Positions 60,601-64,000 of a DNA stretch of 64,000 nt are shown here, piece after piece (the stretch's first letter is position 1; each line of letters starts with the position of its first letter). The stretch covers positions 25,236,001-25,300,000 of the forward strand of contig CM075988.1 in NCBI GenBank assembly GCA_038087875.1, given 5' to 3'. The notes under the pieces are model-generated. The model was not told where the DNA came from, ran no database searches, and saw only the letters and a program-made list of their open reading frames with translations. The position numbers and the translations under genes are program-made. Source of the DNA: Malacoraja senta. Its lineage: Eukaryota.

Positions 60601-63015
60601 GGCAATTTAAAAATAACACTGTGAAATGAAGATAATGTAAAAAAGTTAACAGACAAACATTTGCTAATAATCCACAGAATGCTCCTTACCCTTCTATTAT
60701 CTATTGGGCTGTGGTAAAATTGAACAACATATTTATGTTTTTTTGTTTCATCTTCCAATTTGAACTTCTTATCAATTCTCTCAAAGGAGTTTCCATAATC
60801 ATATGAAATGTAAACCTAGGGGAGACAGGAAGGGGGGAGGAATAAGAAGAAAAAAACATTACACAGAGTTAACAGTACAGAACCACGCCAATGGACCTGA
60901 TTGGTGGACTTTAGTATGTGTACTCCACAGGAATCTCCCCGTGGCAAAATCTTCTACTTTTTTTCCCTCCAATATGCTTCTCTAGCTTCACCTTAAAAAC
61001 ACTTGTGTTATTCGCCTTAATGATGTGTTGAACTAACTTAGCCACCTTTCCACCTTATATTTTCTGATTTATTCCCATGTTATTTCTGCTTTGGAAACAG
61101 ACATGGCAACCATTTGGGGAAGCCCGAGAAGGTAAAATGATCAGACTCGGGTAGTTAGGTGCATTAGTACAATTGAAAATTTGACAAAAAGAAATCATTT
61201 AAATTGTAGCTACAAATGCAAGCGATATTAAGCAGCAAGTTCTACCTTAAGATATGGCAGTGGATAAGAAAATTTAAAAAGTGATAAATTTAACGAAATA
61301 AGTATTTACATTTAAAACCTCACAACGACAATATGGTTGTGGCTGTAAATGATACCGTGCAAATTCAGTGGTATAACACCAATTTATTTCCTTTTGAACA
61401 TTACCTTCTCATTGTCCATGCCTTTCCCCCACTCTTCCCCTTGATGACCACACACTTCGCGTCCCATGTAGGTTACACTATCCGCCATCATCTAATCATA
61501 CTTAACCTAAAAATGTCACAAATGTTTGCATTGAAGTACTATCAGAGATATTTACTCCTCTTTCCATCTATGCCGCTTGACTTGCTAAGTAGTTCCAACT
61601 TCTTTTGTTTTTGTGCTTTTATTTCCTGTTATTTTCTCTGCTTAAGTAGGGCACTTTAATAATGTATACAGATCTAAGTTTATTTGAGCAATTTTATCTC
61701 CTTGTTTCCATTATTTAAAATGCATCTTGTTCTTTGAGGTTCAAAATGAATGATCTTTCCAATTCGAAATACGTGTCCTGCAGATGTCCATTCATTTAAT
61801 CTCTTTTGCAGAAATATATATTTTTTTAAAGATTGTCTCTGCACAGTTTACAAAAAGATCTATTCTCATGTCAACCTCCAGTTTGGATAACTGGCTTTTT
61901 TTTCCCCCCATCACCAAGGATAGTTACATGGATCAGAAAGGTTTAGATGGATATACACTAGGTCAAATGCAGGCAAATGGGACTAGCTTCAAATGGTATC
62001 TTGGTCAGCATAGATGAGTTGAGCCAACGGCTATGTTTCCATGCTGTTTTATTCCATGACTCACATCAATGAAAATGTGAAAGTGAGGAAAAACCTCTTC
62101 ACCCAGCAAGTTGTGAATGTGGAATTCTCTGCCACAAAAGGCAGTGGAGGCCAATTCACTGGATGTTTTCAAGAGAGAGTTAATTTAGCTCTTAAGGCTA
62201 AAGGAATCAAGGGATATGGGGAAATAGCAGGAACGGGGTACTGATTTTAGATGATCAGCCATGATCATCAGCTGGCTCGAAGGGCCAAATGTCCTACTTC
62301 TACACCTATTTTTTCTATGTTCTATGTTTCTATGTTAAACAGCAAATATCTCAACATATCCTTGCAAAATGCCACAAGTCAAAGTACCTACCCTTTCTTT
62401 CCCAGTCTCCAGGCACTGCAGACATTTTCCAACTGAATTAAAAAGGCTACAATTTGACAAACCTCAACACCAATGAATGCTGCCTTATGAGAGAGAATTG
62501 ACTTATCTTAAACACGCTCAAGATTTTAGTTCTCACCCGATTTCCCCCTTTGTTGCTTACTATCAAATGTTATTAATTCACAGAAAATGTCACATGTCAT
62601 TTAAGGTAGAGTGTGGATAGGTGCTGGGGAAAAAGAGGGGGAGGAGGGGTGTAGTTTTACTTGAACCAAGTATTAACGGTTATAAGGCTAAATTATTCAT
62701 GTTGTTTAGTTAAAAACAGTATTTTGCAAAAATTCCTTAATTATCTGAATTACCAGAGCAGATAAATCATTAGATTTCAGGCAAATTCCAACTTTTTTTA
62801 TTGTGAAAGTGAATATTTTGGGAAGAAATTGAAATTATACAGCAGTATGACAAATCACTATTTTATTTCAGTATTTACTTTTTAAATGTTCAACCTACCG
62901 AACTGGTGAGAAGTCCATCCAGGAATGGATTATCACGGGCAAGTGCCACAATCACCTTGCTTTTCTCTCCAGCCCAATGAACAACCAATTGACCGTGCGA
63001 ATCATTGAGGTTCAC
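557..63015 (-). CDS. SORL1: SORL1 (sortilin-related receptor SorLA/LR11), multi-exon span covering exons equivalent to human 2-34; incomplete at both ends
   Basis: 33 AG/GT(GC)-bounded exons splice into one open frame (4478 nt) with domain order VPS10P-10CC-YWTD-EGF-11xCR-FN3, which is diagnostic of SORL1. Confidence 0.98.
1356..1484 (-). CDS. SORL1: SORL1 exon 33 (LDLRa repeat 11)
   Basis: [43 protein letters not shown]; 129 bp. Confidence 0.95.
2296..2451 (-). CDS. SORL1: SORL1 exon 32 (LDLRa repeat 10)
   Basis: [52 protein letters not shown]; 156 bp. Confidence 0.96.
3232..3521 (+). mobile_element. L2-clade LINE 3' end
   Basis: [23 protein letters not shown]...[14 protein letters not shown]; (ACTTG)n tail; a second 3' piece lies at about 20238-20356. 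Confidence 0.8.
3913..7176 (+). mobile_element. Young CR1 LINE: ORF1 C-terminus, complete ORF2, 3'UTR, octamer tail
   Basis: ORF1 end [15 protein letters not shown] (3913-3960); intact ORF2; (CTATGTAT)n tail; ATCTC at both junctions. Confidence 0.95.
3966..7076 (+). CDS. CR1 ORF2: APE endonuclease + reverse transcriptase (1036 aa open frame; first in-frame ATG at 4140)
   Basis: EN motifs LNARS, GITETW, VYRPP, MGDFN, SDH; RT motifs [35 protein letters not shown]. Confidence 0.95.
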   Translation: MGGGTQIENAIRQCVRQEAEKESAQTQHVGGKEENNNKRRIRGGGVLKWVSRETEGCKMRAEAIGSKVKGKSGRQTNPGQKSKRATFQHNCIRGKSVVKTSLKALCLNARSIRNKVDELNVQIAINDYDIVGITETWLQGDQGWELNIQGYSIFRRDREKGKGGGVALLVREEINAVERKDISLEDVESVWVELRNTKGQKTLVGVVYRPPSSSSEVGDGIKQEIRNACNKGKTVIMGDFNLHIDWVNQIGRGAEEEDFLECMRDSYLNQHVEEPTREQAILDWVLSNEEGLVSRLVVRAPLGKSDHNMVEFFIRMESDIVNSETTVLNLKKGNFEGMRRELAKIDWQLVLKGLTVDMQWKAFKDCMDELQKLFIPVWQKNKSRKVVHPWITREIRDSIKTKDEAYKLARKSSIPEDWEKFRDQQRRTKGLIRKGKIDYERKLAGNIKTDCKSFYRYVKRKRLVKSNVGPLQSETGELIMGNKDMADQLNNYFGSVFTKEDINNLPEIAGGRGSKEMEELSEIQVSREVVLGKLNGLKADKSPGPDRLHPRVLKEVAPEIVDALVIIFQNSLDSGVVPEDWRVANVTPLFKKGGREKTGNYRPVSLTSVVGKLLESVIKDGIAAHLESGEIIGQSQHGFTKGKSCLTNLIEFFVDVTSRVDRGEPVDVLYLDFQKAFDKVPHKRLGYKLKSHGIGGSVLMWIENWLANRKQRVGVNGSFSQWQAVTSGVPQGSVLGPQLFTIYINDLDEGIESNISKFADDTKLGGSVSCEEDARRLQGDLDRLGEWANVWQMQYNVDKCEVIHFGSKNGKADYYLNGGRLGNGEMQRDLGVMVHQSLKVGMQVQQAVKKANGMLAFIARGFEYRSSEVLLQLYRVLVRPHLEYCVQFWSPNLRKDIIAIEGVQRRFTRLIPGMSGLSYEERLDRLGLYSLEFRRLRGDLIETYKILMGLDRLDAGRLFPMLGKSRTRGHSLRIRGKSFKTEMRKNFFTQRVVNLWNSLPQRVVEASSLAIFKRELDVALVAKGIRGYGEKAGTGY
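8190..8348 (-). CDS. SORL1: SORL1 exon 31 (LDLRa repeat 9)
   Basis: [53 protein letters not shown]; 159 bp. Confidence 0.96.
8410..8860 (+). mobile_element. Decayed Rex/Babar-like LINE RT C-terminal fragment
   Basis: KELIVDFR...FKFLGFHI...[13 protein letters not shown] motifs with frameshifts. Confidence 0.7.
9072..9206 (-). CDS. SORL1: SORL1 exon 30 (LDLRa repeat 8)
   Basis: [45 protein letters not shown]; 135 bp. Confidence 0.96.
9898..10029 (-). CDS. SORL1: SORL1 exon 29 (LDLRa repeat 7)
   Basis: [44 protein letters not shown]; 132 bp. Confidence 0.96.
10137..10465. mobile_element. PIF/Harbinger-type MITE
   Basis: About 34-bp TIRs TGGGGCTGTCCCACTGTACG..., TAA TSD at 10134-10136 and 10466-10468. 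Confidence 0.92.
10594..10723 (-). mobile_element. Penelope-like pLTR-derived short repeat with hammerhead core
   Basis: 13-bp TSD TCCCAACTTCTAT (10581-10593, 10724-10736); minus strand reads CTGAAGA-A-GGGTCTTGACCC-GAAAC-GTC. Confidence 0.8.
11455..11660. mobile_element. Penelope-like short repeat, inverted pair
   Basis: 12-bp TSD CTCTCCATTAAC (11443-11454, 11661-11672). Confidence 0.78.
13204..13335 (-). CDS. SORL1: SORL1 exon 28 (LDLRa repeat 6)
   Basis: [44 protein letters not shown]; 132 bp. Confidence 0.96.
14135..14245 (-). CDS. SORL1: SORL1 exon 27 (LDLRa repeat 5)
   Basis: [37 protein letters not shown]; 111 bp. Confidence 0.95.
14507..14570 (+). mobile_element. 64-bp Penelope-like micro-insertion
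   Basis: 15-bp duplication CTTCATAATTCAGAT (14492-14506, 14571-14585). Confidence 0.78.
14700..15750 (-). mobile_element. Old decayed CR1 RT fragment
   Basis: [14 protein letters not shown] and EFFNEVTK motifs; bounds approximate. Confidence 0.8.
15273..15469. mobile_element. Penelope-like short repeat, inverted pair
   Basis: 14-bp TSD TCTTAATCTTCTGG (15259-15272, 15470-15483). Confidence 0.78.
16286..16411 (-). CDS. SORL1: SORL1 exon 26 (LDLRa repeat 4)
   Basis: [42 protein letters not shown]; 126 bp. Confidence 0.96.
17660..17779 (-). CDS. SORL1: SORL1 exon 25 (LDLRa repeat 3)
   Basis: [40 protein letters not shown]; 120 bp. Confidence 0.96.
17827..18072. mobile_element. Penelope-like short repeat, inverted pair
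   Basis: Minus copy then plus copy, each with CTGAAGAAGGGTCTC; about 45 bp from the exon 25 acceptor. Confidence 0.75.
19175..19780. repeat. Mixed repeats: Rex/Babar-like pieces, (TG)n, CR1 3' piece, (TA)n
   Basis: Homology to 3095-3650 and 7520-7645; microsatellites at about 19213-19280 and 19425-19444. Confidence 0.65.
20449..20571 (-). CDS. SORL1: SORL1 exon 24 (LDLRa repeat 2)
   Basis: [41 protein letters not shown]; 123 bp. Confidence 0.96.
20905..21018 (-). CDS. SORL1: SORL1 exon 23 (CR1 / LDLRa repeat 1)
   Basis: [38 protein letters not shown]; 114 bp, phase 1-1. Confidence 0.96.
21273..23390 (+). mobile_element. Internally deleted PIF/Harbinger DNA transposon (2.1 kb) with nested Rex-like and Penelope-like pieces
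   Basis: Imperfect TIRs AAGCCCTGTTTCACTGTGCGAGTTGACCCACGAG versus reverse complement at 23357-23390; TAA TSD at 21270-21272 and 23391-23393. Confidence 0.88.
21557..21883 (+). pseudogene. Harbinger transposase N-terminal fragment
   Basis: [39 protein letters not shown]...GPLLMKHD matches the pre-DDE region of Harbinger/HARBI1-like transposases; catalytic core absent. Confidence 0.75.
23528..23661 (+). mobile_element. Penelope-like pLTR repeat (second subfamily) with intact hammerhead core
   Basis: CTGAAGA-A-GGGT-TTCG-GCCC-GAAAC-GTT at 23532-23559. Confidence 0.78.
24271..24441 (-). CDS. SORL1: SORL1 exon 22 (EGF-like)
   Basis: [27 protein letters not shown]...[17 protein letters not shown]; 171 bp; 8 Cys. 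Confidence 0.96.
25063..25360. mobile_element. Rearranged Penelope-like insertion with a putative ORF start
   Basis: 14-bp TSD TTATTATTAACTGA (25049-25062, 25361-25374); internal [17 protein letters not shown] at 25214-25264. Confidence 0.72.
25759..25897 (-). CDS. SORL1: SORL1 exon 21 (YWTD)
   Basis: [23 protein letters not shown]...[12 protein letters not shown](G); 139 bp. Confidence 0.96.
26300..27005 (-). mobile_element. Old decayed RTE-clade LINE RT fragment
   Basis: Frameshifted GKIIARIL and LPESQ-like and DLTKAFD-like segments. Confidence 0.6.
27010..27440 (+). mobile_element. Ancient DeuSINE-like (SacSINE1/AmnSINE1-type) copy
   Basis: Collinear diverged motifs 'ttcaagtccca', 'aggtgga', 'ctgaccaatatttaccct', 'ttatctggttattatc', 'ctacattacaacag'; matched against recalled consensus only. 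Confidence 0.55.
27755..28472 (+). mobile_element. Poly(A)-tailed L1/Tx1-like 3' fragment
   Basis: G-rich then T-rich 3'UTR, AATAAA plus A-tail, 16-bp TSD GATAAGTATCACAATT (27739-27754, 28473-28488). Confidence 0.72.
28030..28426. mobile_element. CpG-rich Harbinger-type MITE nested in the L1-like fragment
   Basis: Imperfect TIRs AAGGC(T)CTGTCYCACGRGTYTGCGGTCRTTGGCGG; TTA on both sides. Confidence 0.85.
28512..28758 (-). CDS. SORL1: SORL1 exon 20 (YWTD)
   Basis: [21 protein letters not shown]...[18 protein letters not shown]...[11 protein letters not shown]; 247 bp. Confidence 0.97.
30717..30808 (-). CDS. SORL1: SORL1 exon 19 (YWTD)
   Basis: [30 protein letters not shown](G); 92 bp. Confidence 0.95.
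31260..31391 (-). CDS. SORL1: SORL1 exon 18 (YWTD), GC donor
   Basis: [44 protein letters not shown]; 132 bp; ends GAG|gcaagt. Confidence 0.93.
31696..31827 (+). mobile_element. Truncated Harbinger-type MITE (left end only)
   Basis: TTA|AGGGCCTGTCCCACT start; homologous to 37180-37330. Confidence 0.7.
32347..32519 (-). CDS. SORL1: SORL1 exon 17 (YWTD propeller)
   Basis: [19 protein letters not shown]...[21 protein letters not shown]; 173 bp. Confidence 0.96.
32630..32890 (+). mobile_element. tRNA-derived V-SINE (HE1-like)
   Basis: B box GTTCGATCC, central domain shared with 50747-51051, (CTAAA)n tail. Confidence 0.75.
33319..33491. mobile_element. Penelope-like inverted pair forming a hairpin around a hammerhead core
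   Basis: Arms 33348-33403 and 33432-33487; TTATCTACA at both flanks. Confidence 0.8.
33943..34028 (-). CDS. SORL1: SORL1 exon 16 (10CC end)
   Basis: [28 protein letters not shown]; 86 bp. Confidence 0.96.
34354..34482 (-). CDS. SORL1: SORL1 exon 15 (10CC)
   Basis: [21 protein letters not shown]...[12 protein letters not shown](G); 129 bp. Confidence 0.95.
35792..35978 (-). CDS. SORL1: SORL1 exon 14 (10CC)
   Basis: [32 protein letters not shown]...[10 protein letters not shown](C); 187 bp. Confidence 0.96.
36704..36882 (-). CDS. SORL1: SORL1 exon 13
   Basis: [14 protein letters not shown]...[15 protein letters not shown]...IDTKSAL(G); 179 bp. Confidence 0.95.
37180..37330 (+). mobile_element. 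Truncated Harbinger-type MITE
   Basis: Homologous to 31696-31827. Confidence 0.65.
37340..38357 (+). mobile_element. 5'-truncated CR1 LINE, degraded
   Basis: GVPQGS through ORF2 C-terminus with stops and frameshifts; (CTATTGT)n tail ends 40 bp from the exon 12 donor. Confidence 0.92.
38397..38485 (-). CDS. SORL1: SORL1 exon 12
   Basis: [29 protein letters not shown](K); 89 bp. Confidence 0.95.
40100..40655 (+). mobile_element. V-SINE split by a Rex-like fragment, itself carrying a Penelope-like insert (40270-40359)
   Basis: SINE head 40100-40205 and tail 40460-40655; 15-bp TSD ACTACATTTACATAT (40255-40269, 40360-40374). Confidence 0.7.
40744..40817 (-). CDS. SORL1: SORL1 exon 11
   Basis: (G)[24 protein letters not shown]; 74 bp. 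Confidence 0.95.
41288..41425. mobile_element. Penelope-like short repeat, inverted pair
   Basis: Homology to the other copies in the window. Confidence 0.72.
41583..41685 (-). CDS. SORL1: SORL1 exon 10
   Basis: [34 protein letters not shown](G); 103 bp. Confidence 0.95.
42254..42446 (-). CDS. SORL1: SORL1 exon 9
   Basis: [23 protein letters not shown]...[15 protein letters not shown]...IDCK; 193 bp. Confidence 0.96.
44039..44208 (-). CDS. SORL1: SORL1 exon 8
   Basis: [16 protein letters not shown]...[17 protein letters not shown](R); 170 bp. Confidence 0.96.
44485..47595 (+). mobile_element. Long degraded CR1 LINE (EN+RT pseudo-ORF2) with two nested inserts
   Basis: ORF pieces 44455-45135, 45422-46252, 46259-46462, 46692-47033; inserts at 45206-45267 and about 47141-47476 (AT-rich 3'UTR with (AATAA)n tail). 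Confidence 0.93.
47897..47998 (-). CDS. SORL1: SORL1 exon 7
   Basis: [34 protein letters not shown]; 102 bp. Confidence 0.95.
49330..49522 (+). mobile_element. Rex/Babar-like LINE 3'UTR
   Basis: AAATTCCTTGTATGTG..CATACTTGGCCAATAAA end motif with (ATTC)n tail. Confidence 0.55.
50684..51154. mobile_element. Penelope-like inverted pair hosting a V-SINE
   Basis: 13-bp TSD TCTCCCTCTCATT (50671-50683, 51155-51167). Confidence 0.75.
50747..51051 (+). mobile_element. Full-length tRNA-derived V-SINE (HE1-like) with CR1-type tail
   Basis: A box TGGCGCAGCG, B box GGTTCGATCCC, tail GAAGGGCCTG...TGTATCTCTAAACTAAA. Confidence 0.85.
51715..51922. mobile_element. Penelope-like inverted pair
   Basis: 13-bp TSD ATGACATTATTAA (51702-51714, 51923-51935). 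Confidence 0.78.
51904..52005 (+). repeat. Perfect 51-bp tandem duplication
   Basis: 51904-51954 identical to 51955-52005. Confidence 0.92.
51993..52327 (+). mobile_element. Vingi/Ingi-like LINE 3' fragment with CCHC zinc finger
   Basis: [17 protein letters not shown]...[15 protein letters not shown]...YWQNDI*; (GAA)n tail; TSD ATTAACTTGTT (51982-51992, 52328-52338). Confidence 0.78.
52606..52813. mobile_element. Penelope-like inverted pair
   Basis: 16-bp TSD CAAAATAGGAGGGAAT (52590-52605, 52814-52829). Confidence 0.8.
54027..54204 (-). CDS. SORL1: SORL1 exon 6
   Basis: [18 protein letters not shown]...[14 protein letters not shown]; 178 bp. Confidence 0.95.
54360..54560 (+). mobile_element. 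Penelope-like 3' region (C-rich leader plus pLTR)
   Basis: Pyrimidine-rich leader then CAGTCTGAAGAAGGGTTTCGGCCCAAAACGTTGCC. Confidence 0.7.
54560..54845 (+). mobile_element. CR1 3' fragment
   Basis: [21 protein letters not shown]; tail GAAGGGCCTGTTTCC...CTCTATGACTCTA. Confidence 0.8.
54908..55156. mobile_element. Penelope-like inverted plus partial-tandem insertion
   Basis: 11-bp TSD CTTTTTTCCAA (54897-54907, 55157-55167); duplicated GGGTTTCGG..GAAAC segment. Confidence 0.78.
55415..55482 (-). CDS. SORL1: SORL1 exon 5
   Basis: [22 protein letters not shown](W); 68 bp; Asp-box. Confidence 0.95.
55880..56379 (-). mobile_element. CpG-rich retroposon with Rex/Babar-type 3' end
   Basis: Minus-strand end AAATTCCTCGTATG..CATACTTGGCG..(GATTCT)n; near-TSD TCCCAACACC / TCCCAACCCC. 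Confidence 0.6.
57290..57650 (-). mobile_element. Non-autonomous RTE-like element
   Basis: 9-bp TSD TGCTAAATA (57281-57289, 57651-57659); RTE 5'UTR-like motif TCAGCCTGGGAAGGCAGTCCATCTAGGAGA; no ORF. Confidence 0.6.
58182..58320 (+). mobile_element. 139-bp non-autonomous Vingi/Ingi-like SINE with HDV-like ribozyme head
   Basis: 13-bp TSD AGTAGCTTGAAAG (58169-58181, 58321-58333); CCATACGC(AAG)n tail; HDV-type P1/P2/P3 pairings at 58182-58235. Confidence 0.8.
58424..58585 (-). CDS. SORL1: SORL1 exon 4
   Basis: [14 protein letters not shown]...[13 protein letters not shown]; 162 bp. Confidence 0.95.
60690..60815 (-). CDS. SORL1: SORL1 exon 3
   Basis: [42 protein letters not shown]; 126 bp; Asp-box SYDYG. 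Confidence 0.95.
61920..62335 (+). mobile_element. Two adjacent CR1 3' fragments
   Basis: [18 protein letters not shown] plus 3'UTR and (CTATGTTT)n tail. Confidence 0.8.
62899..63015 (-). CDS. SORL1: SORL1 exon 2 (VPS10P start)
   Basis: [39 protein letters not shown]; 117 bp, phase 0-0, ag/gt. Confidence 0.95.
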
Positions 63016-64000
63016 CTGCAGTTTTAAAAAAAATGCAGTAGAATTAGTACCGATCAATCATTCACAGTTGAAAATAGTTCCAGCACGACGCCATTAAAAA
63101 TAGATCCAGCAAAATCTAGAAGATACACAATTGTCCAGAAAAGAACAAATCTATTTGGCATAAAACACAAAGCCCTAGAGTAACTCAGCGGGTCAGGCAG
63201 CATCCGTGGAGGATATAATGTTTCTGGTCAGGATCCTTCTTCATATCTATTTGGGCCTACTTGTCTACATTATTTATGCATCATATTGTGTTCTTCCCAC
63301 TCTATATCTAACCTCATTAATGCCTCTAATGCTTTCACTTTCAAGTGTCTATCCAGCCTCACCTCAAGTACGTCTAGATTTGTCACCTCAACTATCCCTT
63401 GCAGTAATGAGCTTCAAATTCTAATTAATTTCAAAGTAAGTCTCAGAATGTCAACCTTGATTTATTTGTGGCCATTTTCTTTTAAATACCAGTCTTTGAT
63501 TGACCTTCAAACGATGACTAATCAAACTTTGTCACTATAGCCAAGTACGTCAGATCATCCCTCAGTCTTATCTTTTCCAGAGAACATATTCTCCTGCCTG
63601 TTCATACTTTCTTTCTTAATTCTGGTAACATCCTAGTGAATCACTTTTTTCTCCACTTATATATCTTTTTTAATTAAGGAGACCGTCACTTCACAGTATA
63701 TCAAGCATGGTCTAATTTATTCGACACAATTCATATTTCTTTGCTTTGCAGTTTTCTCAAACGACTTATTCGCCAATAACATGACCTTAATCTTCTGCAA
63801 AATGCATCCTTCCCTGCAAAATGCACTTTGATGCAACACATTCATTTAAGATAGTAGGATATTACACAGATGGTCTGCAGAAAAGCAAATCATAATCATA
63901 CTTGGCTAATAAATTATGTTTTGCAACAAACGAGGAATTTGGCTTGCCATATAGTCATACCGAAAAAGCAACAAGACACACAACTACTTAACAAATTGAC

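Noticed and set aside
557..63015. Alternative identity (SORT1, SORCS, LRP1/LRP2/LDLR), exon loss or pseudogene
   Set aside because: The VPS10P+YWTD+11 LDLRa+FN3 order is specific to SORL1, all expected exons were found and the frame is continuous.
335..63245. Recurrent ~130-bp repeat as a CRISPR array or satellite
   Set aside because: Copies are dispersed, in both orientations and have individual TSDs. There is no regular repeat-spacer structure or cas gene, and the DNA is vertebrate.

Overview
Vertebrate genomic DNA, most likely a cartilaginous fish (skate/ray-like; inferred from the repeat complement, species not determinable). The whole window lies inside one minus-strand gene, SORL1 (SorLA/LR11). 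I reconstructed 33 consecutive coding exons, equivalent to human exons 2-34 (numbering recalled from the human gene): 4478 nt, about 1492 codons, with consistent intron phases and no stops. They encode VPS10P + 10CC, the YWTD propeller, EGF, all 11 LDLR class A (CR) repeats and the start of FN3-1. Exon 1 and the 3' exons lie outside the window. One intron has a GC donor. The introns are packed with transposons: a young CR1 LINE with an intact 1036-aa ORF2 inside a four-element nest, decayed CR1/L2/Rex-Babar/RTE/Vingi-like/L1-like pieces, tRNA-derived V-SINEs, a Harbinger element and related MITEs. The most interesting signals are RNA-level. (1) An abundant short TSD-flanked, Penelope-like repeat carries a minimal hammerhead ribozyme core, and several insertions start at the predicted cleavage site. 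(2) A 139-bp TSD-flanked SINE-like element begins with an HDV-like ribozyme fold. (3) A U_UUA_AAC -1 slippery heptamer sits at the CR1 ORF1 stop and leads exactly into the ORF2 frame. Repeat family names come from recalled motifs, not database searches, and repeat boundaries without TSDs are approximate.
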